From Alphaproteobacteria bacterium (GTDB lineage Bacteria > Pseudomonadota > Alphaproteobacteria > Bin95), in assembly GCA_964291285.2 (NCBI GenBank), contig OZ219785.1, forward strand, positions 832,001 through 896,000: DNA of 64,000 bases, in the 5' to 3' direction. Under the pieces are notes generated by a model. The model searched no databases, was not told the DNA's origin, and saw only the letters and a program-made list of their open reading frames with translations. Below, piece by piece: positions 39,199 to 49,491 of the stretch. The position numbers and the translations under genes are program-made. Position 1 is the first letter of the stretch, and every line of letters begins with the position of its first letter.

Positions 39199-39879
39199 TC
39201 ATTCCAGCCAGACGGGGTCCTTCAGGCCGGCGATGAACGCCTTGTGGGCGGCAAGCTCCTCCGCCGTCGGCGCATGGGACCGGGGCGGCCGGAAGGGGCT
39301 GCTCGTCTGTGTCTTCCCCACGGTTTCGGCATTGCCGCCGGCGCCGGCCTGGAAGGCAAGGCCCGGCTGGCGGCCGCCGGTCAGGTGCAGATAGACCTCC
39401 GCCAGCAGGCGGCAATCCACCAGCGCGCCATGCAGAGCGCGAACCGAGAGGTCGATCTCGAACCGCTTGCAGAGCGCATCCAGGCTGTTCGGCGCCCCGG
39501 CGAAGCGGCTGCGCGCCATCTGCAGCGTATCGACCAGCCGCTCCCCGGCGAGCGGCGGCAGGCCGAGCCGGGTGAATTCGGCGTTAAGGAAGCCGGCGTC
39601 GAAGGGCGCGTTGTGGATCACCAGCGGCGCATCGCCGACATATTCCAGAAAGCCTTCCGCGACCTCGGCGAAGCGCGGCTTGTCCCGGAGGAACTCTTCC
39701 GACAGCTCGTGGATGCGGTAGGCTTCCTCCGGCATGTCGCGCTCGGGATTGATATAGCTGTGCCAGTGCGAGCCGGTCGGAACGCGGTTCACGAGCTCCA
39801 GCGCGCCGATTTCCACGACACGATGCCCGTCCGACGGGTCGAGCCCGGTGGTCTCGGTGTCGAGGACGATCTCACGCAT
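39199..39879 (-). CDS. dnaQ: DNA polymerase III epsilon subunit
   Basis: LDTETTG, HNAPFD, HGALVD, LTGGRQ. Confidence 0.95.
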   Translation of the reverse strand: MREIVLDTETTGLDPSDGHRVVEIGALELVNRVPTGSHWHSYINPERDMPEEAYRIHELSEEFLRDKPRFAEVAEGFLEYVGDAPLVIHNAPFDAGFLNAEFTRLGLPPLAGERLVDTLQMARSRFAGAPNSLDALCKRFEIDLSVRALHGALVDCRLLAEVYLHLTGGRQPGLAFQAGAGGNAETVGKTQTSSPFRPPRSHAPTAEELAAHKAFIAGLKDPVWLE

Positions 39880-40540
39880 TCCGCTTTCCTTCCTTGCCGA
39901 ACCGCCGCCGCGCCATACGCGGCGGACATTGCGAATGGCGCCGCCGGCGCAGCATGGCCCTCAGCCGGTCGCGGGTCAGCCGCCGGCCGGCGCCCGTCGG
40001 CACTACTATATCGGCGCGCTTGCGCTTTTCCGCATCTGCCATCTGTTTCGCACGCACGGAGTCGAGCAGCTCCCTTGTGACGCCGGGGCGGGCCAGCACG
40101 CGGGCCGCCTGGATATGCGCCGGCGCAGAGACGACGACGGTCCAGTCGCAGCGCTTCTCGCCGCCCGTTTCGAAGAGCAGCGGCACATCGCGCACCACCG
40201 CCCGCCGGCGCTCGCGCGCAGCCCGGCGCAGGAAGGCGCGTTCGGCCCGCCCGACCAAAGGATGCACGATGCGCTCCAGCCGCCGGAGCGCGTCCGCGTC
40301 TGCGAACACGACGTCCCCGAGCGCGCGCCGGTTGACCGCGCCATCGCTGACCGTGCCCGGAAAGGCCGCTTCGATGGGCGCCACGGCCGCCCCGCCGGCC
40401 GCCATCATGCGATGCACCGCGGCATCGGCGTCGAACACGGGCAGCCCGGCCTCGCGCAGCATGGCGGCGGCGGTGCTCTTGCCCATGCCGATGGAGCCGG
40501 TGAGGCCGAGCACGCGGGGCAGGGTGCGCCGGCGCTTCAC
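39872..40540 (-). CDS. coaE: Dephospho-CoA kinase
   Basis: GLTGSIGMGKST, VHPLV, DVPLLFE. Confidence 0.93.
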   Translation of the reverse strand: MKRRRTLPRVLGLTGSIGMGKSTAAAMLREAGLPVFDADAAVHRMMAAGGAAVAPIEAAFPGTVSDGAVNRRALGDVVFADADALRRLERIVHPLVGRAERAFLRRAARERRRAVVRDVPLLFETGGEKRCDWTVVVSAPAHIQAARVLARPGVTRELLDSVRAKQMADAEKRKRADIVVPTGAGRRLTRDRLRAMLRRRRHSQCPPRMARRRFGKEGKRNA

Positions 40541-41376
40541 AGCCCGGCCAGCACGCTTTCGCGGAGCGCGTCATCCACTTCCGGGTCGGTGCCGAACCAG
40601 GCCGCGAAACCGGGCCGGGCCTGGTGCAGCAGCATGCCGAGCCCGTCCACTGCGGCGAGGCGGCGCCGGCGCGCGACGGCGAGCAGCGGCGTTTCAAGCG
40701 GCACATAGACGATGTCGTTCACCACCGCGTCTTCCGGCAGCGCGTCGAGGGAAATCTCCAGCGGCGGGCTGCCGGTCATGCCGAGGCTTGTGGTGTTGAC
40801 GAGAAGGCCCGCGCCGTCGAGCGCCGCATCCCGCTCCTCCCATGCTATCGCCGTCATCGGCCCGCCGATCTCGTCCACAACCGTTTCGGCCCGCGCGGCC
40901 GTTCGATTGGCGAGCCGCACTTCCGATGCACCGGCATCGACCAGCGCCGCCGCCACCGCGCGCGCCGAGCCGCCCGCGCCGAGCACGACCGCCACGCCCG
41001 GCCGCCAGTCCGGCGCGGAGGCGCGCAGATGCTCCAGGAAGCCGTAGGCGTCCGTATTGCTGCCATGCAACGAGCCGTCCTCGCGCGCCACGACCGTGTT
41101 GACTGCGCCGATGCGCCGGGCGACCGGGTCCGCCTCGTCCACTGCCCGGAGCGCGGTTTCCTTGTGCGGCAGGGTGACATTGGTGCCGGAGAAGCCCAGC
41201 CGCGGCAGCATGCGGATGGCGTCATAGCCGTCTTCGGGACGCACCGAATAGGGGATATAGGCGCCGTCTATGCCGTAGCGCGCGAGCCAGTGGCCGTGGA
41301 TCGCCGGCGAACGCGAATGCGAGACCGGCCAGCCCATGATGCCGGCCACCTTCGCCGCCCCGGTCAGCATGCCCAT
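40537..41376 (-). CDS. aroE: Shikimate dehydrogenase
   Basis: HSRSP, NVTLPHK, NTD, GAGGSA, DIVYVP. Confidence 0.95.
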   Translation of the reverse strand: MGMLTGAAKVAGIMGWPVSHSRSPAIHGHWLARYGIDGAYIPYSVRPEDGYDAIRMLPRLGFSGTNVTLPHKETALRAVDEADPVARRIGAVNTVVAREDGSLHGSNTDAYGFLEHLRASAPDWRPGVAVVLGAGGSARAVAAALVDAGASEVRLANRTAARAETVVDEIGGPMTAIAWEERDAALDGAGLLVNTTSLGMTGSPPLEISLDALPEDAVVNDIVYVPLETPLLAVARRRRLAAVDGLGMLLHQARPGFAAWFGTDPEVDDALRESVLAGL

Positions 41377-41975
41377 GCCGGCACCCCCTCGCCGCGCAGG
41401 AATTTCAGCAGCGGCAGCAGCGGCAGCCCCAGCACGGTGAAGAAGTCTCCCTCCACGCGCTCGAACAATTGCGCCCCCGGCCCTTCCAATTGGTAGGCCC
41501 CGACCGAATCGAGCGCCGCGGGCCCGACGGTTGCCAGATAGGCGTCGATGGCCGCCGGGGTCAGGGACCGCACCGCGAGCCGGGCGCGCTCCGTCCGCTT
41601 CCAGAGAACGACCCCGTCCCTGAGCGCGGCGGCAGCCGTCACCAGTTCGTGTTCGCGCCCCGAGAATGCTGCGAGATGGGCGGCTGCTTCGCCCAGGTCC
41701 CGCGGCTTGTCGAAACGCCGGTTGCCCATGACCAGCAGTTGGTCCGCGCCGAGCACCAGCCGGCCGGGATGCGCTGCCGCGACGGCCGCCGCCTTGGCTT
41801 CCGCCAGCGCCAGCACAAGGGAGTCGTGATCGAGCTTGTCGAACGCCGCTTTCACCGGGTCTTCATCGACGCCGGAGGCGATCTGCTCCACCGGCACCCC
41901 GGCGGAGGCAAGCAGGCGCGCCCGCACCGTGCTGGCCGAAGCCAGGATCGGTGGTTCACCCGGCCGTACTGCCAT
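41364..41975 (-). CDS. maf: Maf family nucleoside triphosphate pyrophosphatase
   Basis: ILASAS..R, GADQ, DKP, VGAYQLEG, LGLPL. Confidence 0.9.
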   Translation of the reverse strand: MAVRPGEPPILASASTVRARLLASAGVPVEQIASGVDEDPVKAAFDKLDHDSLVLALAEAKAAAVAAAHPGRLVLGADQLLVMGNRRFDKPRDLGEAAAHLAAFSGREHELVTAAAALRDGVVLWKRTERARLAVRSLTPAAIDAYLATVGPAALDSVGAYQLEGPGAQLFERVEGDFFTVLGLPLLPLLKFLRGEGVPAWAC

Positions 41976-42786
41976 GGGCGCGCTCTTCCAGCAGGCGGAT
42001 GATGCCGGCCGCCGTTTCCTCGATGGACCGCCTGGTAACGTCGATGGACGGCCAGCCCTTTTCGGAAAAGAGGCGGCGCGAGGCGGCGACTTCGATCCGC
42101 ACCCGGTCGAGGTCCACATAGTTGGTTTCGCGCTGCTCATGCAGTGTGCGCAGACGGTTGCGCCGCACCTGCACCAGCCGGCCTGGATCGACCGTGAGGC
42201 CCACCACCAGCGGGCGCGTCAGTTGCATCACCTGCTCCGGAAGCGGCACTTCCGGCACGAAGGGCACATTCGCCGCCTTGTAGCCGAGATTGGCGAGATA
42301 GATGCAGGTCGGCGTCTTGGAGCTGCGGGAAACGCCGATCACGACAACATCCGCCTCGTCGAGGTCGTCGCTCATCTGGCCGTCGTCATGTACCATGGTA
42401 AACTGCATGGCGTCGATGCGGTCGAAATACCGGTCATCGAGCCTCTGGCGCCGGCCGGGGCGGTGATGGGCCCGCCGGCCGGCCCATTCGCTGATAGCCG
42501 TCACCGGCTCGTCAAGCAGCGAGACGAAGGGCGCGCCGGCCTCACGGCAGGCAACTTCGAGCAGGTGGCGGAGCTGGTCGTTGACAACCGTCGCGAGCAC
42601 CACGCCCGGGGTGGCGCGAATGCCTTCGATCACGCCCAGTAACTGGTCGGTATTGCGGATGAGGACCCAGAAATGCTCCCGGACCGCTATGCCGTCGAAC
42701 TGGCTGACACAGGCCCGGCCGAGCGTGCGCACGGTCTCTCCGGTCGCATCGGAGACCAGATGCAGGTGAACCACCGGATTATCCAC
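41956..42786 (-). CDS. Pyruvate, phosphate/water dikinase regulatory protein (DUF299)
   Basis: VSDATGET, HDDG, GVSRSSKTP, SIEETA; GGAGG RBS. Confidence 0.93.
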   Translation of the reverse strand: MDNPVVHLHLVSDATGETVRTLGRACVSQFDGIAVREHFWVLIRNTDQLLGVIEGIRATPGVVLATVVNDQLRHLLEVACREAGAPFVSLLDEPVTAISEWAGRRAHHRPGRRQRLDDRYFDRIDAMQFTMVHDDGQMSDDLDEADVVVIGVSRSSKTPTCIYLANLGYKAANVPFVPEVPLPEQVMQLTRPLVVGLTVDPGRLVQVRRNRLRTLHEQRETNYVDLDRVRIEVAASRRLFSEKGWPSIDVTRRSIEETAAGIIRLLEERAHGSTAG

Positions 42787-43044
42787 GCAACCTCCGGGGA
42801 AAAGCGGTGCAGAACCGGAGGCCACTGATAACACACCCGACTCTCCCGCCGCGCCCCCAAACCGTCCCCAGCCGGAAAAGGACAACTTCAATCCCGTGGA
42901 TAACGGGAGCAGGCGCATCCCGGTGCAGCTTTCTCGAATGGCACGCAGGGGATAATGCCTGTTTCCACAGCCGGGAGCGGCTATATAGAAAAAACAAGAA
43001 TTCAGAATCTCTTCTATCCGGTTAAGGAAGCGCTGCCGGCCGGT
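42779..43044. other. Probable chromosomal replication origin (oriC)
   Basis: Between divergent DUF299 and hemE, the known alphaproteobacterial position; DnaA-like boxes at 42779, 42895, 42947, 42961; AT-rich tract 42981-43026 with GAATC. Confidence 0.75.
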
Positions 43045-44049
43045 ATGGTCAAACCCCTCCTGAGAGCCCTTGCAGGCGAGACCGTGCGTCCGGCGCCGTT
43101 CTGGCTGATGCGCCAGGCCGGGCGCTACCTGCCGGAATACCGGAAACTGCGCGCCTCGGCGGACAGCTTCCTCGACCTCTGCTTCTCCCCGGCGCTCGCG
43201 GCGGAGATCACGCTGCAGCCGGTGCGCCGCTTCGATACCGATGCCGCGATCCTGTTCTCGGACATCCTGACGATTCCGCATGCGATGGGCCAGGAGGTGC
43301 GTTTCGTGGAAGGAAAGGGGCCTATCCTGGAGCCTCTCGATCCTGCCTCATTGCACCCCGTGGAAGACCGCCTGGATGCTGTTTACGAAGCGATCAGCCT
43401 GACACGAGCAAACCTGCCCGGCCAAACGGCGCTGATCGGCTTTGCAGGCGCGCCCTGGACGATGGCGGCCTATATGGTCGAAGGAGGCTCCAGCCGCGAC
43501 TGGCTCAAGGTCCGGCAGATGGCATCCGGCGACCCGGAGCGTTTCGCGGCGCTGATCGACCGTCTTGTGGACGCCACGGTCGATCATCTGGCGGCGCAGG
43601 CGGCGGCCGGGGCGGAGGCGCTGCAGCTGTTCGACAGCTGGGCGGGGCTGTTACCGCCTTCGGCCATGAGACGCTGGTGCCTGGAGCCGGCGCAGCGGAT
43701 CGCAGCGGCGTTGAGGGAACGCCATCCCTCCGTGCCGCTGATTCTCTTCCCGCGCGGTGCCGGTGTGCTTGCCGCCGAGTTCGCCGGAGTCGGCGATTGC
43801 GTCGGCCTCGACACGAGCACGGACCCGTGCTGGGCGGCGCAGGCCATTCAAGGTGACGCGGCCGTTCAGGGCAATCTCGATCCCATGCTCCTGGTCGTCG
43901 GCGGCGATGCAATGCAACGAGCGGCCCGGGAGATCCTCTCCGAACTCCGCAGTGGCCCGCATATTTTCAATCTCGGCCATGGCGTCCTGCCGATCACGCC
44001 GCCGGAGCATGTCGCCGCCCTGCGGCGGATCGTGCGGGAGACACCGTGA
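43045..44049 (+). CDS. hemE: Uroporphyrinogen decarboxylase
   Basis: WLMRQAGRYLPEY, ILFSDIL, FDSW, FNLGHG. Confidence 0.96.
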   Translation: MVKPLLRALAGETVRPAPFWLMRQAGRYLPEYRKLRASADSFLDLCFSPALAAEITLQPVRRFDTDAAILFSDILTIPHAMGQEVRFVEGKGPILEPLDPASLHPVEDRLDAVYEAISLTRANLPGQTALIGFAGAPWTMAAYMVEGGSSRDWLKVRQMASGDPERFAALIDRLVDATVDHLAAQAAAGAEALQLFDSWAGLLPPSAMRRWCLEPAQRIAAALRERHPSVPLILFPRGAGVLAAEFAGVGDCVGLDTSTDPCWAAQAIQGDAAVQGNLDPMLLVVGGDAMQRAAREILSELRSGPHIFNLGHGVLPITPPEHVAALRRIVRETP

Positions 44050-45062
44050 GCCGGCTGGCCGTCATCCTCTTCAACCTTGGCGGGCCCGACAGCCCGGAAG
44101 CCGTCAAGCCCTTCCTGCGCAACCTGTTTTCCGACCCCGCCATCCTGACGGTCCCGGCTCCCGTCCGCTTTTTTCTGTCGCGCTACATCGCCAGCCGGCG
44201 GGAAACACCGGCGCGCGCGGCCTATGAGCAGCTGGGCGGGGCCTCGCCGTTGCTGGCGCAGACCGAGGAACAGGCCCGGGCGCTTGAAGCCGCACTGGGG
44301 GCGCGGGGACAGGAGGCGCGCTGCTTCATTGCGATGCGCTACTGGCATCCGCACGCGGCGGCGGCGCTTGCGGCGGTTCGCGACTACCGCCCGGACGAAA
44401 TCGTGGCCCTGCCGCTCTATCCGCAGTTCTCGACCACTACTTCGGGGTCGTCGCTCGCCGAATGGCGGAAATTGGCGGGAGCGGATGCTCGGCTGCGGGT
44501 ATTGTGCTGCCATCCGCTGCTGGAGGGACTGGTCGAAGCCTGGGCGGAGCCGCTTGCCGAGGCTGTCCGGCGGGCGCGCGCCGCGGGCCCGGTCCGCGTG
44601 CTGTTCACCGCGCACGGCTTGCCGGAGCGGGTGATTGCGAAGGGGGATCCCTATGCGTGGCAGGTGGAGCGGACGGCCGAAGCGCTCCGCGCTGCTGCCG
44701 AGGCGAGGCTGGGCGAACTCAATGACATCGACTGGCGCGTGACCTGGCAGAGCCGGGCCACGCCGGAAAAATGGCTCGAGCCCGACACGGAGGCGGAGGT
44801 TGAAGCGGGCGCAAGGGAAGGGCTGGCGCTGGTGCTGGCGCCGATCGCGTTCGTCTCCGAACATTCCGAGACGCTGGTGGAGCTCGACATCGAATACCGG
44901 GCCGTGGCGGAGCGGGCCGGTGCCGCAGCCTGGGAGCGCGTGGCGACGCCGCGCACCGCGCCTTCCTATATCGAGGGCCTGGCGGCGCTGGTGCTCGACC
45001 GCCGGCCGCGAAAACGGCTCTGCCCGGTCTCCTGCACCGGCTGCCCGGTCGCCGCCCGATGA
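44046..45062 (+). CDS. hemH: Ferrochelatase
   Basis: NLGGP, MRYWHP, LYPQFS, HGLP, SEHSETLVELD. Confidence 0.95.
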   Translation: MSRLAVILFNLGGPDSPEAVKPFLRNLFSDPAILTVPAPVRFFLSRYIASRRETPARAAYEQLGGASPLLAQTEEQARALEAALGARGQEARCFIAMRYWHPHAAAALAAVRDYRPDEIVALPLYPQFSTTTSGSSLAEWRKLAGADARLRVLCCHPLLEGLVEAWAEPLAEAVRRARAAGPVRVLFTAHGLPERVIAKGDPYAWQVERTAEALRAAAEARLGELNDIDWRVTWQSRATPEKWLEPDTEAEVEAGAREGLALVLAPIAFVSEHSETLVELDIEYRAVAERAGAAAWERVATPRTAPSYIEGLAALVLDRRPRKRLCPVSCTGCPVAAR

Positions 45063-45505
45063 CCTGGCTCTTCGCGCTCTATCCCTGGATCAAGGCGCTG
45101 CATATCGCGGCCATCGTCTTCTGGATGGCCGGGATGCTCTATCTGCCGCGCCTCTTCATCTACCACCTGGAGACTAAACCCGGCGCCGCCGACAGCGAGC
45201 GTTTCAAGCGAATGGAGCGGCGCCTGCTCAGGGTCATCATCAACCCGGCGATGATCGCGGCCTTCCTGTTCGGCGGGCTCCTGCTCTGGGTCTCGCCGAA
45301 CATGGACTGGGCCGCCGGCTGGCTCTGGGGCAAGCTCGCCGCCGTCGCCGTCATGGCATGGCTGCACCACCTCTTCGCGCGCTGGCGCAAGCATCTCGAC
45401 GAAGACGGCAGAAGCCTTTCCGCGCGTCGCTGCCGCCTCGCCAACGAAGCCCCGGCGCTGCTGACCCTCGCCATCGTCATCCTGGTCGTCGTCAAGCCGT
45501 TCTGA
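45059..45505 (+). CDS. hemJ: Protoporphyrinogen oxidase HemJ
   Basis: WIKALH, WMAGMLYLPRLFIYH, MERRL, VVKPF. Confidence 0.92.
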   Translation: MTWLFALYPWIKALHIAAIVFWMAGMLYLPRLFIYHLETKPGAADSERFKRMERRLLRVIINPAMIAAFLFGGLLLWVSPNMDWAAGWLWGKLAAVAVMAWLHHLFARWRKHLDEDGRSLSARRCRLANEAPALLTLAIVILVVVKPF

Positions 45506-45548
45506 ATGCGAAAATTGGCGGTAGTATGGACGTGCAGGAGGGAGCCGC

Positions 45549-46994
45549 ATGGCCGTTGACGAACCGCGTTTCCTGATCGTGGCGATGGACGGGCTCCGGC
45601 CCGACATGATCTCGGAGGAGGCCTGCCCGGCAGTGGCGCGCTTCATGGGCGAGGGCTGCGTGTGGCCGAACGCGCGGACGGTGTTCCCGAGCGAGACCCG
45701 CGTCGTCACGCCGACCGTGGCCACGGGCGCCTGGCCCGCCCGGCACGGGCAGATCGCCAACACCTTCCCGACGCCCGGCAACGGGCCGCTCATCAACACC
45801 GCGCCGGTCGAGGGCCTGCTGGCGGCGGTGGAGCATTTCGGCGATGCGCTGGTCGCCGCGCCGTCGCTGGGGGACCGGCTGGCGGCCGCGGACAGGCGCT
45901 ATGTCGTCGTCTCGTCCGGCACGGCCGGCAATGCGTATTGCCTCAATCCCCGCGCGCGGGGGCGCAACCAGGCGACCTTCTCGGTGCAGGGGCCGGAGAT
46001 CAGCACGCCGGCGGCCGACCATGCGGGGATCGAGGAGCGGCTGGGGCCCGTGCCGGCGCAGGCGATGCCGAACAATGCGCGATGCCGCTACGCGACGCGC
46101 GTGCTCCTGGAGGAGATGTTTCCCCGGCACGACCCCCATGTCGCCGTGGTCTGGTATTCCGAGCCCGACATCGCCATGCACTATGCCGGCATCGGTTCGG
46201 ATGCCTGCCGGGAGGCGCTCGCCTGCGTGGACGCGGAATTCGCGCAGGTCCTCGCCGCGCTCGAAGCGAGGCCCGACGCCGCGCGCTGGAATGTCATCCT
46301 GCTCTCCGACCACGGACAGGTGACGATCCGCGAGAAGATCGACGTGGCCGCGGAAATGCGCGCTGCGGGCTTCCGCGCCGGGCCGCGGCTCGATGCCGAC
46401 ACCGACTATGCGGTCGTCTCGTCCTCCTGCGGCAATGTCGTGAGCCGCGACGGCCGGGTCGCGAAGCTGGCGGACTGGATGCGCGAGCAGCCCTGGGCGG
46501 GGCTGCTGTTCGCGCGCGGCGTCAACGAGGTGGAGGGCCATGTCGCCGGCAGCTTCTCGCTCGGGCTGGTGGGGCTCGACCATGAGCGCACGCCGCATCT
46601 GGTCTATACGCTCGGCCAGGACGACGGCGACAACCGCTGGGGCTTCGCCGGCGGCGCGCTTGCCGGCATGGACGACTCGCCGCCGCCGGAGTTCGGCGGC
46701 ATCCACGGCGGCCTGCACCCGAAGGAGCTGTCCTGCCTGCTGGCGGCGCGGGGGCCGCACTTTCCCGCAGCCGCCGCGGCCGAGGCAGCGGTCGGGCCCA
46801 TAGACATCGCGCCGACCGTGCTGGAGGCCTTCGGCATCGCGCCGGCGGAAACGGTCGCCGGCGGGCCGCTGGTGCGCCCGGGCATCCCGAAGCGCCGGGC
46901 GTTCGAGACCGGCGCGGGCAGCTATGCGGCGCGTATCGACATGCTGGAAATCGGCGGCCGGCGCTATCTGGACTCGGGCCGGCGGGCGAGCTGA
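45549..46994 (+). CDS. Alkaline phosphatase superfamily (nucleotide pyrophosphatase/phosphodiesterase-like) protein
   Basis: DGLRPD, FPSET, EPD..MH, SDHG, HGG. Confidence 0.85.
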   Translation: MAVDEPRFLIVAMDGLRPDMISEEACPAVARFMGEGCVWPNARTVFPSETRVVTPTVATGAWPARHGQIANTFPTPGNGPLINTAPVEGLLAAVEHFGDALVAAPSLGDRLAAADRRYVVVSSGTAGNAYCLNPRARGRNQATFSVQGPEISTPAADHAGIEERLGPVPAQAMPNNARCRYATRVLLEEMFPRHDPHVAVVWYSEPDIAMHYAGIGSDACREALACVDAEFAQVLAALEARPDAARWNVILLSDHGQVTIREKIDVAAEMRAAGFRAGPRLDADTDYAVVSSSCGNVVSRDGRVAKLADWMREQPWAGLLFARGVNEVEGHVAGSFSLGLVGLDHERTPHLVYTLGQDDGDNRWGFAGGALAGMDDSPPPEFGGIHGGLHPKELSCLLAARGPHFPAAAAAEAAVGPIDIAPTVLEAFGIAPAETVAGGPLVRPGIPKRRAFETGAGSYAARIDMLEIGGRRYLDSGRRAS

Positions 46995-47806
46995 GCCTCG
47001 CGGCGGACGATGTAGAAGGTGGACGCGAAGATCACCGCGCCGCCCGCCAGCGCCCAGACCGAGGGCGTCTCGTCGAAGACCGCCATGGCGACCAGCACCA
47101 TCATCGGCAGCCGGGTGAACTCCCAGGGCATCACCACGGTCAGGTCGGCGAGCGCGAGCGCGCGGACGAACGCCACATGCCCGAGCGAGGCGACCCCGGC
47201 GAGCGCGAACAGCCACAACCAGGTCTCCGCGCCGGGCCACCGCCAGACGAACAGCGCCGGCGGGAGCGACAGCGCCGCGATGATGGCCGAGGCGAGGAAG
47301 ACGATGCGCTCCACCGGCTCGCGATGCGCCAGCCGCTTGATGACGAGCGTCGACGCGGCGATCATCACGGCATTGGCGAAAGCGAGGCCGGCGCCCGCAC
47401 CCAGGCCCGAGAAATCCGGGCGCAGCACCAGCATGGCGCCGAGGAAGCCGACCACGATGGCGGTCCAGCGCCGCGCGCGCACGGTCTCGCCCAGCACCAG
47501 CGCCGCGCCGGCCGTCGCGAAGAGCGGCATGGTGAAGGAGAGCGCGGTGACATCGGCGAGCGGCATGACGATGACCGCCCAGAAGCCGCAGATCATGCCC
47601 ACGGTGCCGAACGCGCCACGCATCGCGTAGAGGTGCCACGGGAAGCCCGGCCGCCGGAGCGCCGAGAGGTCCAGCCGGCGGAAGAACGGGGCCATGAAGG
47701 CCAGTACCAGCAGGTTGCGGAAGAAGACGATCTGGAACGGGTGCAGCTCGGTCGAGGCGAAGCGGATGCACACGCTCATGCCAGTGAACGCGGCCATCGC
47801 CGCCAT
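46964..47806 (-). CDS. DMT/EamA family transporter
   Basis: Ten-TM pattern; IVFFR, LGETV..RRW, VLRP. Confidence 0.85.
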   Translation of the reverse strand: MAAMAAFTGMSVCIRFASTELHPFQIVFFRNLLVLAFMAPFFRRLDLSALRRPGFPWHLYAMRGAFGTVGMICGFWAVIVMPLADVTALSFTMPLFATAGAALVLGETVRARRWTAIVVGFLGAMLVLRPDFSGLGAGAGLAFANAVMIAASTLVIKRLAHREPVERIVFLASAIIAALSLPPALFVWRWPGAETWLWLFALAGVASLGHVAFVRALALADLTVVMPWEFTRLPMMVLVAMAVFDETPSVWALAGGAVIFASTFYIVRREAQLARRPESR

Positions 47807-47856
47807 GGCAAGAATGCCGGCCTTCGCAAGGGCCGGCAGGCGGTTCCAGGCCGGGA

Positions 47857-48468
47857 TCAGCCGAATAGCGGGGACTCGTCCTCGACGGGCTCAGGGTCGA
47901 GCTGGGGCCGCTCCGCGGCCTCGAGCGCCTCGCGCTCCTCGGGCGGCAGCTTGGCGCGCGCCTTGGCCGTTTCCTCGGCAAGGTCGATATAGGTGCAGAG
48001 GCCGAGATCGACCGGGTGCTGCGGGCGGATATTGCTGGTGTTCCAGTGCGTGCGCTCGCGCACGGCGGTGATCGTGTTCTTGGTCGTGCCGATCAGCTTG
48101 CCGATCTGCGCGTCCGAGAGTTCGGCCCGGTTGCGGAGCAGCCAGGCGATTCCGTCCGGCTTGTCCTGCCGCTTGGAGACGGGCGTGTAGCGCGGACCGC
48201 TGCTTCGCGCCGTGGCGCGCGGCGAGTCGCGCCTGGCCATGACGAGCCTCTCATCGGGCAGGGCTTCGCAGCGGGCGATTTCCTCGCGGGTGAGTTCATC
48301 ATGCGTGATCGGGTCGCGGCCGTTGATACCGGCGCCGATATCGCCGTCCGCCAGCGCTTGCACTTCCAGCATGTGAAGGCCGCAAAACGCGCCGATCTGC
48401 TCGAAGGTGAGGCGCGTGTTGTCGATCAGCCAGACCGCGGTCGCCTTCGGCATAAGGGGCATGTCCAT
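47857..48468 (-). CDS. trcR: Cell cycle regulator TrcR (DUF1013)
   Basis: PLMPKATAVWLIDNT, YTPVSKRQDKPD, THWN. Confidence 0.9.
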   Translation of the reverse strand: MDMPLMPKATAVWLIDNTRLTFEQIGAFCGLHMLEVQALADGDIGAGINGRDPITHDELTREEIARCEALPDERLVMARRDSPRATARSSGPRYTPVSKRQDKPDGIAWLLRNRAELSDAQIGKLIGTTKNTITAVRERTHWNTSNIRPQHPVDLGLCTYIDLAEETAKARAKLPPEEREALEAAERPQLDPEPVEDESPLFG

Positions 48469-48520
48469 GGGAGAGGCGCTTTCGGTTTCAGGAAAGTATT
48501 GCCGCCAGATTTAGGATGTT

Positions 48521-49393
48521 TCACTTCGGTTGCAAAGGCCGGGACGGCATGAGCGGGCCGGGAGCGTCCTCGTCGAACTGCGGAAGATCGTCGGTAATCC
48601 GATGCCAGGGGGCCATGGAGGCTGTGTGGATATGCCGGTCCACATTCCGCCCCGGATCGTCGTCCAGCGCCGCCATCGGCGTGACGGCAAGGCCGCGCTC
48701 CTGAGAGCGCCGGGGAACGCCGGAGCCGCAGTTTCGGCAGAAGGAGACGGCGAAATGCCGGGCTTCCGGCAGTTTCCATTCGGCCGCGAGTTCCTCGCCC
48801 CGGACAAAGCGCAGCCCGTCGATCGAGGTGAAGCCGTTGGTGGCATGGGCCGCTGCGCGCGCTCTCCGGCAGCGCGAGCAGTGACAGTTGTGGACACGCC
48901 CGAAGGGCTCCAGCACCTCCCAGACGATCCCGCCGCAAAGGCAGCTTCCGGCAAGCCCCTCCACGCCCTCCGGCCGGGCGCGCGGGATTTCCGGCAGCCC
49001 CTTGTTCGGCGGCCAGCCGTCGAAGCGGATGAGGTCGTCGTCGATCCTGTTCCAGGGCGGCGCCGAGGCGGCGAAGATATGGGCGTTCGGGCGCTTTTCG
49101 GGATCGTCCGCGAAGAGGCCCGCCGGCACGAACCAGCCGCCGGCCGGCGAGCGCCCCGGCAGCGAGGAGCCGCAGGTGCCGCAGAAGGAGCGGCGGAAAC
49201 CGGGCGAGGATTCGTAATGCCGGACCGCTTCCTCGCCGGCCGTCCACCGGAAGGCTTCCTCCCGGACCCGCGCCATGGTGGCAAAGGCGGCGCCGTGATG
49301 CTTGCGGCACATCGAGCAATGGCAGTGGGAGAGGTCGCGCACCGCGTCCACGGCGAAGCGCACGGTCCCGCAAAGACAGCGTCCCTCGATCAT
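48521..49393 (-). CDS. Tandem GFA (Mss4-like) domain protein
   Basis: Two CLCG...CHCSxCR...FCxxCG units. Confidence 0.88.
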   Translation of the reverse strand: MIEGRCLCGTVRFAVDAVRDLSHCHCSMCRKHHGAAFATMARVREEAFRWTAGEEAVRHYESSPGFRRSFCGTCGSSLPGRSPAGGWFVPAGLFADDPEKRPNAHIFAASAPPWNRIDDDLIRFDGWPPNKGLPEIPRARPEGVEGLAGSCLCGGIVWEVLEPFGRVHNCHCSRCRRARAAAHATNGFTSIDGLRFVRGEELAAEWKLPEARHFAVSFCRNCGSGVPRRSQERGLAVTPMAALDDDPGRNVDRHIHTASMAPWHRITDDLPQFDEDAPGPLMPSRPLQPK

Positions 49394-49455
49394 GTCGGTC
49401 CTCCCGGCGGAATGGCGGTGAGCATAGCGTAAACGGGGCCGGGCGGGATTACTCC

Positions 49456-49477
49456 TTGCCAATATTTGCCAATTGGC
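49456..49477 (+). promoter_or_regulatory. Candidate parDE operator
   Basis: TTGCCAAT direct repeat plus GCCAATTGGC palindrome just upstream of parD. Confidence 0.45.
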
Positions 49478-49491
49478 GTTAGCATTGAGCC

